DNA from: Thermodesulfobacteriota bacterium
Lineage (GTDB): Bacteria > Desulfobacterota > Desulfobulbia > Desulfobulbales > SURF-16
DNA: 64,000 nucleotides
Direction: 5' to 3'
Assembly (NCBI GenBank): GCA_039715015.1
Contig: JBDLIE010000011.1
Coordinates: forward strand, 1,843 to 65,842
The notes beneath the pieces are model-generated. The model ran no database searches. It saw only the letters and a list, made by a program, of their open reading frames with translations, and was not told the origin of the DNA. This document shows positions 1-9,950 of this stretch, piece after piece. The position numbers and the translations under genes were made by a program. The first letter of the stretch is position 1. Each line of letters opens with the position of its first letter.

Positions 1-365
1 AAAGTCAGTGCTGTGGCGAGGACTATCAGCTTCCGGAGTTTGGCAAAACGATCCGGGGCTGTGAATTGATCTTTAAGGTATTCGAAGGTGAAAAGTCCGA
101 TATCTTCCTTGCCCTTAAAAAAGAAGAGGCCAAGAAAAATAAGAATCAGGCTGGCAATAAAAAGCGGGCCAAGGACTAAATAGGTGATAAAGCCAAAGTG
201 AGGATTATGGACAATGCCCTGAAGGTCAAGGATGACAGAAACAAGCAGGGTGGGGAAGATAACCGTAGTCATGATGGCGCCGACTAGAGAAATCTTACTA
301 TGAGTTACCCCCCTGATGAATGCCTTGACAATATCCGTGAATTTTACCACAGCAACTCCCTCCAT
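1..365 (-). CDS. Integral membrane protein, N-terminal fragment; the gene runs off the window start
   Basis: Manual translation from ATG at 365-363 gives MEGVAVVKFTDIVKAFIRGVTHSKISLVGAIMTTVIFPTLLVSVILDLQGIVHNPHFGFITYLVLGPLFIASLILIFLGLFFF..., with two hydrophobic helices. The frame stays open to position 1. It is absent from the ORF track because it has no stop in the window. Confidence 0.4.
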   Translation of the reverse strand, partial: MEGVAVVKFTDIVKAFIRGVTHSKISLVGAIMTTVIFPTLLVSVILDLQGIVHNPHFGFITYLVLGPLFIASLILIFLGLFFFKGKEDIGLFTFEYLKDQFTAPDRFAKLRKLIVLATALT

Positions 366-655
366 TTGTTTCTTTTTTTGACTGTTAGCGTTTGTAGGGT
401 TTCTTCCTCTTGAGATTTATAAGTTATATCTCTTTTTATAAAAAAAACAATGTAATTCTAAGTGGTTAAGCTATACTTTTTCTTGGCAGAAATAGCGTTA
501 AGCTGGTTGTTAAAATAAGGTAATTTTGGAATTTGCGGTTAAGGAGAAGCTGTAGTTTCATATTGGATGAATCAGGGGGGTGAGAGAGGGGGCTGCACGA
601 AATAAATGTTGCAGAATGTCAATGCCAACATGCTACGGATATAATAAAACTTCAT

Positions 656-2539
656 CTAATAATAATCTGAACTGGACGGTTGGACACAGTGACCGGATGC
701 CGGGCAGTCCGTACATACGCAAGGGGGTGGTTCTTCTCCTTCCTTTTGCAGTTGTTTTTTGCGGGAGCAGTCAAAGATAATTTCCAGTTCTTCGCTGTCC
801 AGAGTCTCGGTCTGCAAGATGATCTCCGCCAGGTGCTTGAGGAAGCCTTTATGGGCCTGCAGAGTTTTTTGGGCCAATTCGTGGCATTCTTCAACTTGAC
901 GACGTACTGCCTTGTCGATCTGTTTAGCCATAAATTCGCTGCAGGTCATCTGAACCTCTCCACCAAGAAAACCTTCGTCGGCCCGTTGATAAGCCAAGGG
1001 GCCTAATTCCTCATCCATACCCCATTGGCAGACCATTTTGGTGGCAATCTGCGTAGCGCGCAGCAGGTCATCTTCAGCTCCCGAAGTCTGCTGGGATAGA
1101 GCGATGTTTTCGGCTACCCGACCGCCGAGGAGGATGGTAATTCGATTAAGGAGATACTCCTTGGTGTAGGAATGGCGGTCTGTGAGTTGTTGCTGTTGGG
1201 TGTGGCCCATGGCCTTGCCGCGGGGAATGATACTGATTTTTTGAATGGGATCAGTGTTTGGCAAGAGGCGGGTCAAAATGGCATGACCAGCTTCATGGTA
1301 GGCCATGGTTCGCCGCTCATCCTTGTTGATTACCATACCTTTTCGTTCAACACCGATCATGATGCGTTCGATGGCAGCGTGAAAATCAGGTTCGTGAATG
1401 GAATCTTTACCTTCTCGGGCGGCTATAAGTGCGGCCTCATTAACCAGATTAGCCAATTCGGCACCGGTGAAGCCCGGAGTGTTGCGGGCAATTTCAGCTA
1501 AATCAACATCCTCTGCTAACTGAACCAAGGCACCATGTACCTCAAGAATTTTAAGGCGGCCTTTAACATCAGGAGGAAGAATAGTAATCAAGCGGTCAAA
1601 TCGTCCTGGACGTCTGAGGGCCGGATCGAGAATGTCAGGGCGATTGGTGGCGGCCAAGACAATGGTGGTGTCATTACGGCTAAAACCGTCCATCTCAACA
1701 AGCAAGGCGTTTAAGGTTTGGCCTCTCTCGTCCTGGCCTCCTACGCCTCCTCCACCACCACGATGGGCCCCAACGGCATCAATTTCGTCAATAAAGATGA
1801 TACAGGGGGAGTTTTTCTTGGCCTCTTTAAAGAGATCGCGAACCCGGGAAGCGCCCACTCCGACAAACATCTCGACAAAATCTGAGCCGCTTATGCTGTA
1901 AAAGGGGACTTGGGCCTCACCGGCAATGGCCTTAGCCAGCAGGGTTTTACCTGTACCTGGTGAACCCTGAAGAAGTATACCTTTAGGGCTGCTGGCCCCG
2001 AGGCGGCAGAATTGCTGAGGGTCTTTGAGAAAATCGACGATTTCCTGGAGCTCTTCTTTTGCTTCCGGTATTCCGGCAACATCACGAAATGTCACTTCCC
2101 GCTCACCCGCAGCGAGGCAGGCTACCTTATCCTTGGCAAAGTCACACTCTGTCTCGTCATGGCGGGATTCCCTCGGGCGCCTTCGTCCTACCAGCAAAAG
2201 GACCAGAACTAAACCAATGGGTATGCTGATAAGGGCAAGCGGCCATGACAACCGGGAGTTAGCCTCGGCACTGACCTTCACCTTGTTGACACTAAGGCGC
2301 GGCATTAATCCAGTCAGGTCTGGGGTAAAGGTCGACATTTTTTTGTTGTGAATGTCGACAAAAGTTACCTTGCCGCCACGGAGGTGGACTTCACTGACTT
2401 GCCCCTGTTCAACGCTGGCGAGGAAATCTGAGTAGATTACATTGGGAAGGCGGTTTTCGATATGCCAGATAAAGAGAGCGATGCCAGCAAAGGAACTGAG
2501 AATAACGGTGGCAAAAGAGATGTAAAAAGTTCTTTTCAT
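656..2539 (-). CDS. ftsH: ATP-dependent zinc metalloprotease FtsH
   Basis: 627 aa. It has an N-terminal TM region, the AAA Walker A motif [18 protein letters not shown], Walker [10 protein letters not shown], and the zinc motif HEAGHAI. Confidence 0.95.
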   Translation of the reverse strand: MKRTFYISFATVILSSFAGIALFIWHIENRLPNVIYSDFLASVEQGQVSEVHLRGGKVTFVDIHNKKMSTFTPDLTGLMPRLSVNKVKVSAEANSRLSWPLALISIPIGLVLVLLLVGRRRPRESRHDETECDFAKDKVACLAAGEREVTFRDVAGIPEAKEELQEIVDFLKDPQQFCRLGASSPKGILLQGSPGTGKTLLAKAIAGEAQVPFYSISGSDFVEMFVGVGASRVRDLFKEAKKNSPCIIFIDEIDAVGAHRGGGGGVGGQDERGQTLNALLVEMDGFSRNDTTIVLAATNRPDILDPALRRPGRFDRLITILPPDVKGRLKILEVHGALVQLAEDVDLAEIARNTPGFTGAELANLVNEAALIAAREGKDSIHEPDFHAAIERIMIGVERKGMVINKDERRTMAYHEAGHAILTRLLPNTDPIQKISIIPRGKAMGHTQQQQLTDRHSYTKEYLLNRITILLGGRVAENIALSQQTSGAEDDLLRATQIATKMVCQWGMDEELGPLAYQRADEGFLGGEVQMTCSEFMAKQIDKAVRRQVEECHELAQKTLQAHKGFLKHLAEIILQTETLDSEELEIIFDCSRKKQLQKEGEEPPPCVCTDCPASGHCVQPSSSDYY

Positions 2540-2717
2540 AATGACCCTCTTTTCTAGTCACATCGGCAGCTCCGGCGGGGCTGATCGTGACTCAATACAG
2601 ATGAGAACTGAGATGGTGGTGCTGAAAAAAAATGAGGAAAACAGAATGCTGGGAAGAGGGACATTTCTTTTAGGAGTAGAAAATCAGGCCATGGATTATT
2701 GCACCCGGAAGCGAATA

Positions 2718-2936
2718 TTACCATAGAGTAACCAGGCAACGGATGGAGACAGCTGCCAAGGTGAAAAGGGCAACGGTTGAAAAGAGCAGGCCCACGATGA
2801 ACATAGTGCTGAGACAGGCCTTGGTAATTTCGCTGGCCAAGCTGGTTTTAGGTAGCGGTTCCAGGGTGACTCTCTGTCGCCTACTCTTGACCTTGGATCG
2901 AGTAATAGCGATAACCTGTTGCTGTGGTGGTTGCAC
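2718..2936 (-). CDS. Small hypothetical tail-anchored membrane protein (72 aa)
   Basis: GTG start with AAAGGAGG 4 nt upstream on the minus strand. The C-terminal hydrophobic segment is MFIVGLLFSTVALFTLAAV. It lies upstream of ftsH in the same orientation. I recognise no homology. Confidence 0.3.
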   Translation of the reverse strand: MQPPQQQVIAITRSKVKSRRQRVTLEPLPKTSLASEITKACLSTMFIVGLLFSTVALFTLAAVSIRCLVTLW

Positions 2937-3573
2937 AACGCCTCCTTTAGAACAAGTGATGAATGAGCCAAGAGACCTAGAAGATCTTGGCCCTCCTGTT
3001 ACTTATTTACACTAATTTTAAGTATAATCATGCCGAGTTGCTATTGCAACAAAGAAGTGACGTGAAAACAATTAGATATGTTGGAGTTGCGGTTGGTAAA
3101 AAAGCAGTCCATTTTTTTTATAGAATTGAGGGAAATTATTTTGTACTAGAATATTGACAGTTGCGGTTGAAAACATCTTGGGAAGCTGTGCTGCAGAAGG
3201 GTGAGACAGTCGTTGTTGGTTTCCTCTGCTCTTGGTATCTTGGGTGTTTTGATGGGCTATGCTAATTTTTTGGAGAAAATATTTTGGGCTTGAGCAGGTG
3301 AACGATTTTTCATCCAACATCATAATATACTCTTTCAGGAGTCTACTCTCATTTTAATTTGCAACTGGTTCATTTGTAACTTTCCATCCTTTAGTTTTAT
3401 GCTTGCTTTACTATTCTTTCTATTTTTGATAATGGATGGCTCGTAAATTTAGACAGCACTTCTTTTCTGCGACCTTGCAAACGAAAGGTGGGAGTCGTAT
3501 ATTTTAGAAAAATAGGTGCATAGTACAGATTCCTGTTTTTAAGGATAAAAATCTTTCTCAGAAGGGGTGTAAA

Positions 3574-4224
3574 ATGAAAAAAATCGTACTGTTATGTAGT
3601 CTTTGTGTGATGTTTGTTGCAGGATGTTCGCCTCAAAGTAAAACCCAGTCCGGCGCTATATATGGAACTGCGGGTGGGGCGGCCGCGGGTGCGATCCTCG
3701 GCCAGGCCATTGGCCGCGATACTGAAGGGACATTGTACGGCGCTGCAATAGGCGCGGCCTTGGGTGGCCTCGCTGGGGCTGGTGCCGGCAAAATGATGGA
3801 TAATCAGGAACGGGAGATGCGGCAAGCCCTGGCAGAGTCTGAGGCGGCTGCTGTCCGTCGTGAAGGAAATCTTTTGGCTATTACCCTTAGAGGAGATGTT
3901 ACCTTTGATACAAATTCGGCAATAGTCAGGCCGGGGCTCTATTCGGAAATTGATCGCATTTCTTCGGTGTTGAGGCAATATACACAGACAGTTATTCGTG
4001 TGGAAGGCCATACCGATAGTATAGGCACGGAAGCCTATAACAAGGACTTGTCCCAGCGGCGGGCCAATTCGGTTAAGACGCTGTTCGTGCAGCGCGGTGT
4101 TGAAGGCTCTCGAATCGAGTCCATTGGTTTTGGGGAATCTATGCCGGTGGCCACTAATGATACCGAGTCCGGCCGTCAGATGAATAGACGGGTGGAAATC
4201 AAGGTTGCACCTTCCCAGTACTAA
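3574..4224 (+). CDS. OmpA-family lipoprotein (glycine-zipper region plus OmpA C-terminal peptidoglycan-binding domain)
   Basis: Lipobox VAGC in MKKIVLLCSLCVMFVAGCSPQ, a Gly/Ala-rich zipper, and an OmpA-like C-terminus with GHTDSIGTEAYNKDLSQRRANSV ... NRRVEIKV. Confidence 0.85.
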   Translation: MKKIVLLCSLCVMFVAGCSPQSKTQSGAIYGTAGGAAAGAILGQAIGRDTEGTLYGAAIGAALGGLAGAGAGKMMDNQEREMRQALAESEAAAVRREGNLLAITLRGDVTFDTNSAIVRPGLYSEIDRISSVLRQYTQTVIRVEGHTDSIGTEAYNKDLSQRRANSVKTLFVQRGVEGSRIESIGFGESMPVATNDTESGRQMNRRVEIKVAPSQY

Positions 4225-4272
4225 AGGCTGCATGCTACTTTTCTTTAGGACTCGATTTTTATGTATCTCTTT

Positions 4273-4310
4273 GCTGCCGGTTGACTCCACGTCGCCCGGC
4301 AGCTTTTTTT
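4273..4310 (+). terminator. Rho-independent terminator after the OmpA-family gene
   Basis: Stem GCTGCCGG (4273-4280) pairs with CCGGCAGC (4296-4303) and is followed by T7 (4304-4310). Confidence 0.6.
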
Positions 4311-4543
4311 GCCTCTCATTCTGATTGTTCGAATATTACAGGCATCCTTTCAAGCGCCTCTGAAATAGATCTGTTTGGAGCTGAACTATTGAGCCAATGT
4401 TTAATTTAGTCTTAAAAAGTCGGGCGGGATAATAGTGATGTGTGCGGATTCTGTTTTTTGCAACTGGTTAGTTGGTTCGATGTTGGAAGTAGAGTTCGAT
4501 AAGAATTTTGCCACATACTTTCCATTGCCGAAAGAGGAGTGTT

Positions 4544-5272
4544 GTGAGTGATTCAATCTCATCTGCTGTAGGAGTGCTCAAAAAATCTAAAAAAACCATA
4601 GCCCTGACCGGGGCGGGGGTGAGCACGGAAAGTGGTATCCCTGATTTTAGAAGTAGGGATGGGCTTTGGAGCAGGTTTGATCCTATGGAGTACGCGACTT
4701 TAGGAGCATTTAAAAAAGATCCTGCCAAGGTCTGGGGAATGCTTACCGAACTGATTGCAATTGTCGATGCCAAGGCCAATGCCGGTCATTTTGCCATGGC
4801 GGAAATGGAGAAAACCGGGATCCTTGCCGGTATCATCACCCAAAATATTGATTCACTTCATCAAAAGGCGGGGAGCATGAATGTTGTGGAGTTCCATGGT
4901 TCCTTAAACTCTTTTACCTGCCTCCACTGTGAAAGTTCATATCCCCTCGACTCTATTTTGAAACAAGATATGCTGCCAACCTGTTCGCAATGCCAGGCGC
5001 TTCTCAAGCCTGATATTGTTTTTTTCGATGAACAGATACCATCATCCGCCATCTCTCAAACTCAAGACCTTGTCCATGGAGCTGATGTACTTATTGTGGC
5101 TGGAACCTCGTGCCAGGTAGTGCCGGCGGCAACAATTCCCTCCAGCGTCCGGGCACAGGGGGGGAAGATTATTGAGATCAATACAGAGCCTGTCTTTGGT
5201 GGCGGGCCGGCAATAGTCCTTGAAGGTAAGTTTTCAGAGATTATGCCCCAACTTCTGGAAGCCTTGCTATAA
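4544..5272 (+). CDS. cobB: NAD-dependent protein deacylase, Sir2 family
   Basis: Sirtuin motif GAGVSTESGIPDFRS, QNIDSLH, and zinc-ribbon cysteines CLHC...CSQC. I prefer the GTG at 4544 (AGGAG 4 nt upstream) to the TTG at 4508 in the ORF track. Confidence 0.85.
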   Translation: MSDSISSAVGVLKKSKKTIALTGAGVSTESGIPDFRSRDGLWSRFDPMEYATLGAFKKDPAKVWGMLTELIAIVDAKANAGHFAMAEMEKTGILAGIITQNIDSLHQKAGSMNVVEFHGSLNSFTCLHCESSYPLDSILKQDMLPTCSQCQALLKPDIVFFDEQIPSSAISQTQDLVHGADVLIVAGTSCQVVPAATIPSSVRAQGGKIIEINTEPVFGGGPAIVLEGKFSEIMPQLLEALL

Positions 5273-5478
5273 TAATCACTTATTAGATTCTTTAAGCCCC
5301 TGAATCTTGAACTCGTGCAGCTGCCGTGATTATCTTATTTCTAATAATGTAAAAGCTGTGAGATGAAAAGGCTTGTAATGGCCCATGTTTTTGGTGCTAT
5401 GTGGTTAAGAAATGCAGGCCTGATTACCTTGCCGCGCTTGGGTCCAATGTTCTACACTCCTGCTGCGAGGATGATTTG

Positions 5479-6351
5479 ATGATACCTCATTATCCCCAAG
5501 ATGATGAATTGCACCTGACCATGCGTCCACTATTGCACCCCCTTTTTCAGAAACTTGAGGAAGGTATTTCAGAGTTTACCTTTGCTAATCTGTATCTCTT
5601 TCGTGACACACATCACTACCGGGTATCCATGTTTGACGGCGAGGTGCTTATCACTGGGAGGGATGGCAAAGACCCATTCTTTATGCTTCCTTTCGGATTG
5701 CCAAATGGGCAATTGCTTGAGCAGTTATTTGAGAAGTTTAGCACTATGAAGTGTATTTCCAGCTCCCAGGTTCCGGCTCTGACGGCATTAGGTTATGAGC
5801 TGGATGAGGATAGGGACAACTTTGATTATCTCTATAGGCGCCAAGACCTCGCAGAGCTTGCAGGGCGGAAATTTCATAAAAAACGCAACCTGATTAAGGC
5901 GTTTATCAGTAATTACTCCTACGAAGGCAGGCCACTTTTGGAGACACATAAAAAGGATGTTTTGGAGATACTTGAGAAATGGCGGTCAAACCGGGACGAG
6001 CCAGGTGATTATGCTGCCGCAAAAGAGGCCCTGGAAAAAGCTGAGGAATTGCAACTTTGTGGCGCTATTTACTATGTGGAAGGTAAGCCTGTGGCCTATT
6101 CGCTGGGAGAGGAGCTTGCCTGTGGCAAGAGTTTTGTTATTCATTTTGAAAAAGCAGTGGATGAATACAAGGGCCTTTGGCAGTTTATTAACCAGGCATT
6201 CGCCTCCATTCTGCCTGAGAAGTACGAAACTGTGAACAGGGAGCAGGATATGGGCAGTGAGGGGATGCGGCATGCAAAGCTCAGCTATAAACCCATTGAT
6301 TTTGTCAAAAAATTTAAAATAATATCTCCAACGCATAGAGGGATTATTTGA
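5479..6351 (+). CDS. DUF2156 domain protein (stand-alone homologue of the MprF aminoacyl-phosphatidylglycerol synthase C-terminal domain)
   Basis: The length (about 290 aa) and pattern (FANLYLFRDTHHYRV ... FDYLYRRQDLAELAGRKFHKKRNLIKAF ... REQDMGSEGMRHAKLSY) fit my recollection of DUF2156. The ATG at 5479 has GAGGA 7 nt upstream; the ORF track starts at GTG 5401. Confidence 0.55.
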   Translation: MIPHYPQDDELHLTMRPLLHPLFQKLEEGISEFTFANLYLFRDTHHYRVSMFDGEVLITGRDGKDPFFMLPFGLPNGQLLEQLFEKFSTMKCISSSQVPALTALGYELDEDRDNFDYLYRRQDLAELAGRKFHKKRNLIKAFISNYSYEGRPLLETHKKDVLEILEKWRSNRDEPGDYAAAKEALEKAEELQLCGAIYYVEGKPVAYSLGEELACGKSFVIHFEKAVDEYKGLWQFINQAFASILPEKYETVNREQDMGSEGMRHAKLSYKPIDFVKKFKIISPTHRGII

Positions 6352-8132
6352 CTGAAAATCCAGATAGAAAGGGTCGGCAGCAGTTTTTCTCTGTTGAAAA
6401 CCTTACTCTTTTGACGCCATTTTTCAAACGCTACCGCTTCCGGCTTCTCCTGGGATTTTCAGCCCTCCTGGGTGTGGATTTTTTTCAGCTTTTGGTGCCG
6501 AGGTTTATCAAAAAGGCGGTTGATGCACTTGAGGATGGGACGGCCAACGGCTTGTTTCTTCTTCACTGTGCCGGCTATATTTTGCTTCTGGCTTTGGGAG
6601 TCGCCTGTTGTCGATTCTTGTGGCGTTATCTCATTATCGGTTTTTCCCGTATGCTGGAGAGGGGTTTGCGAGACAGGCTGATGGCCCATCTGCTCACCCT
6701 TGACTGTAAATTTTTTCAGCGCCATACAACGGGCGAATTAATGGCCCTTTCTTCCAATGACCTTGCTGCTGTCCAACTGGCCACAGGCATGGGAATGATT
6801 GCTGCTGTGGATGCCTTGGTTATGACCGTGGCAGCGCTTTCCTTCATGGCCTATATTAACCCCACCCTGACCTTGATTGCGGTTGCGCCCATGCCGGTGC
6901 TGGCCTTTACCACCAGGATGCTTTCAGCAGGTTTGCACAAACGTTTTAACAAGGTCCAGGAACAGTTTGCAGCGCTGACTGAGTTTGCCCGCAGTGCCAT
7001 TTCCTCCATCCATCTGCTTAAGGCCTATACCCAAGAACGATCTCAGATCGAGCAGTTCGGTAAGATGGGAGAAGTCTATATTCGCCATAATCTGAAACTT
7101 GCCGTAGTCCAGGGTATTCTGTTCCCCTTTTCCACCCTCATAGGGAATTGCAGCCTGTTGCTTGTCCTTTTTTTCGGCGGTCGTCTTACCATTCAAGGGA
7201 CAATAACCGTTGGTGATTTTGTTGCCTTTGTCTCCTATCTTTTCATGTTGACCTGGCCAATGATGGCCCTTGGCTGGGTAACAAATCTTTTTCAACGTGG
7301 TTCAACGTCCCTTGGCCGGATAAAGCGCATTTTAGAAGAGGAACCAGAACTACGTGATGTTGCTTCCACGGTACCCGCTTTCCTGGGAACGGCAGAGCTA
7401 AACCTTCAACACCTTTCCTTTAGCTACCCAACCCAGAGAGGCTTGGTTCTCGACGATGTGACTATTTCCTTTCGGCAAGGCATGGTGGGCGTGGTGGGGA
7501 AGACAGGTTCCGGCAAGTCAAGCCTATGCCATATCCTCACCCGTCTTTACCCGGTTGATGACGGGGTGTTCTTTCTGGGTGAGAGGGATGTGAACACACT
7601 TGCGCTGGCAGCGGTCCGTAACAATATCGCCTATGTGCCCCAGGAGACAACGATCTTTTCAGAGACGATCCAGGCCAATATTGCCTTGGGAAAAATGGAG
7701 GCCAGCATGGAAGAGATTGAAAAAGCGGCAAAGGCGGCTTTGATCCATGATGAGATTATGGCCTTTGCCGAGGGATATCAGAGCCGCGTGGGTGAGAGGG
7801 GGGTGAAGCTCTCCGGAGGACAGAGACAGCGTATTGCCCTGGCAAGGGCGTTGCTCCTTGATCGTCCTATTGTCATTATTGATGACGGCCTTTCTGCAGT
7901 TGATACTGAAACCGAGCACGCAATTTTGCAGCAAATTTCATCCTTTTTGCAGCACAAGACATCCATTGTCATCTCCCATCGCATTGCCCCCCTTGTTGAG
8001 GCAGATGAGATTTTGGTCATGGATAAAGGTAAAATCGTTGCCAGGGGTGATCATCAAGCCTTGCTGGAAAGTAATGCTTTTTACCGGCAGATATACCTTC
8101 ACCAGACTGCGTCATCGGCCGGGAAAGGATAG
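6348..8132 (+). CDS. ABC exporter, fused permease/ATPase subunit (MdlA/MsbA-like half transporter)
   Basis: 594 aa. It has a six-TM N-terminal domain, Walker A GKTGSGKSS, signature LSGGQRQR and Walker B IVIIDD. The TTG start overlaps the stop of the DUF2156 gene. Confidence 0.9.
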   Translation: MTENPDRKGRQQFFSVENLTLLTPFFKRYRFRLLLGFSALLGVDFFQLLVPRFIKKAVDALEDGTANGLFLLHCAGYILLLALGVACCRFLWRYLIIGFSRMLERGLRDRLMAHLLTLDCKFFQRHTTGELMALSSNDLAAVQLATGMGMIAAVDALVMTVAALSFMAYINPTLTLIAVAPMPVLAFTTRMLSAGLHKRFNKVQEQFAALTEFARSAISSIHLLKAYTQERSQIEQFGKMGEVYIRHNLKLAVVQGILFPFSTLIGNCSLLLVLFFGGRLTIQGTITVGDFVAFVSYLFMLTWPMMALGWVTNLFQRGSTSLGRIKRILEEEPELRDVASTVPAFLGTAELNLQHLSFSYPTQRGLVLDDVTISFRQGMVGVVGKTGSGKSSLCHILTRLYPVDDGVFFLGERDVNTLALAAVRNNIAYVPQETTIFSETIQANIALGKMEASMEEIEKAAKAALIHDEIMAFAEGYQSRVGERGVKLSGGQRQRIALARALLLDRPIVIIDDGLSAVDTETEHAILQQISSFLQHKTSIVISHRIAPLVEADEILVMDKGKIVARGDHQALLESNAFYRQIYLHQTASSAGKG

Positions 8133-8135
8133 TCC

Positions 8136-9950
8136 ATGCGATACGGCTACGGATATTTTGAGGAGGATAAATTAGGCCATGTAGCTGATATGGGGCTCTG
8201 GGGCAGAATTTTTTCCTATTCCCGGCCATATTGGCGGCGGCTTGTCAGCGCTATCCTGCTTTCATTTGTCGTTATTGGCGCGGGTCTCGCTCTTCCTCGC
8301 ATGGTTCAGCTTGGTATTGATCGCTATATCGTTAATAGCGGTATGGAAATTTCAGGACGGATTGGTGGTCTCGGCATGCTGGCAGGTATTTTCATTGCTG
8401 TCATCATAGCTGGTTTTCTGGCCAATTTTCTGCAAGTCATCATTCTTGAGTGGACAGGGCAAACAATCATGCATGAGATGCGTCAGAAGCTTTTCGGCCA
8501 TATGTTAGGCCTTGACCTCTCCTTTTTTAATAACAATCCCAGTGGAAAACTTGTTACCCGGCTGACAAATGATATCCAGAACATGCATGAAATGTTCACC
8601 TCGGTCATTGTTACCCTCTTTAATGATTTCCTAAAGCTTCTCAGTATATTGGTTATCCTTTTTTTGATGAACTGGCGCCTTGCTCTGATTTTGAGCTTAC
8701 TGGTGCCCCTGATAACGGGCAACACCCTCTGGTTCAGCTCTCTTGCCAGAGATGCATTTCGCGCCATTCGGACGCGGCTTGCCAGGATCAATGCCTTTAT
8801 GCAGGAATCTCTTTCCGGTATTTCCGTCCTGCAGATCTTCATGCGGCAGGAGGATACCTTTAAGAGATTTACGGAGCTGAGTACGGCCTATCTGCACAAA
8901 AACCTCTATCAGATCAAGATATTTGCCATCTTCATGCCGGCCATAGATCTTTTCAGCTCCGTTGCCCAGGCGTCTATTATTTGGTACGGAGGCGGCCAGA
9001 TCATCCAGGAGCAAATGACCCTTGGCGAGCTTGCAGCTTTTTTGGCATATATGCGGCTTTTTTTTCAGCCTATTCGGGATCTTTCCCAGAAGTATTCCAT
9101 TGTGCAATCTGCCATGGCTTCGGCAGAGCGTATTTTTCAGCTCTTGGATACCCCCCATTCATACTCTTCGCTCCAGGTTGCACCAGGACAGCCTGAAATG
9201 AAGGGAGATGTGTCATTTCACCATGTCCATTTTTCTTATGATACGGAACAGGTCTTAACTGATCTTTCTTTCCATGTCCCTCCAGGAAAAACCCTGGCAA
9301 TAGTCGGGGCCACAGGCTCAGGGAAGTCAACCATTGTCAATCTCCTTGAGAGATTTTACGAACCAGACAGTGGCGAGATACGCATTGATGGCCACAATAT
9401 CAGCAGCCAGAACATACAGTGGCTCAGGGAGAGAATTGGTCTGGTCATGCAGGATGTTTTTATTGTTCCTGGAAGCATCAGGAACAATATCGTCCTTGAT
9501 AAAGAGATCAGCGAAAATGAGTTGCAGGGAATAATTAACAAAGCGCAGCTTGTCAAAGTTGTTGAGCAGCTTCCTGAAGGCCTGGAAACGAGAATTGGCG
9601 AAGGTGGAGTCGGCCTTTCTTCAGGCCAAAAGCAGCTCCTTGCTTTTGGCCGGGTTCTTGCCCGCAATCCCAGGGTTCTTGTCCTTGATGAGGCAACCTC
9701 CAGTGTGGATTCGGCCACTGAAATTTTAATTGATCGAGCCATAGCCTCCACCCTTGCCCATAGGACCGGGATCGTCATTGCCCATAGGCTGTCAACCATT
9801 CGCCGGGCAGATCATATTCTGGTCATGGATAAAGGAAGGATTGTCGAGCAGGGCACTCACCAGTCTCTGCTGGCTAAAGGCGGAATATATAGCCACCTTC
9901 AGGAGTTGCAGGTAAGTCATGCTGATCTAGGGGCCTCTTTGCCCCTTTAA
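8136..9950 (+). CDS. ABC exporter, fused permease/ATPase subunit (MdlB-like partner)
   Basis: 604 aa with a TM domain, Walker A GATGSGKST, signature LSSGQKQL and Walker B VLVLDEATS. It begins 3 nt after the preceding half transporter. Confidence 0.9.
   Translation: MRYGYGYFEEDKLGHVADMGLWGRIFSYSRPYWRRLVSAILLSFVVIGAGLALPRMVQLGIDRYIVNSGMEISGRIGGLGMLAGIFIAVIIAGFLANFLQVIILEWTGQTIMHEMRQKLFGHMLGLDLSFFNNNPSGKLVTRLTNDIQNMHEMFTSVIVTLFNDFLKLLSILVILFLMNWRLALILSLLVPLITGNTLWFSSLARDAFRAIRTRLARINAFMQESLSGISVLQIFMRQEDTFKRFTELSTAYLHKNLYQIKIFAIFMPAIDLFSSVAQASIIWYGGGQIIQEQMTLGELAAFLAYMRLFFQPIRDLSQKYSIVQSAMASAERIFQLLDTPHSYSSLQVAPGQPEMKGDVSFHHVHFSYDTEQVLTDLSFHVPPGKTLAIVGATGSGKSTIVNLLERFYEPDSGEIRIDGHNISSQNIQWLRERIGLVMQDVFIVPGSIRNNIVLDKEISENELQGIINKAQLVKVVEQLPEGLETRIGEGGVGLSSGQKQLLAFGRVLARNPRVLVLDEATSSVDSATEILIDRAIASTLAHRTGIVIAHRLSTIRRADHILVMDKGRIVEQGTHQSLLAKGGIYSHLQELQVSHADLGASLPL

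Noticed and set aside
2577-2600. The string ggggctgat resembles the 5' end of tmRNA.
   Set aside because: The following GGAUUCGAC-type sequence, the tag reading frame and the tRNA-like 3' end (…UCCACCA) are all absent nearby.
3085-3169. An exact 11-nt direct repeat, agttgcggttg, occurs at 3085-3095 and 3159-3169.
   Set aside because: One 11-mer repeat within a 1-kb region is not far from chance expectation. I saw no dyad symmetry and no third copy with the same spacing.
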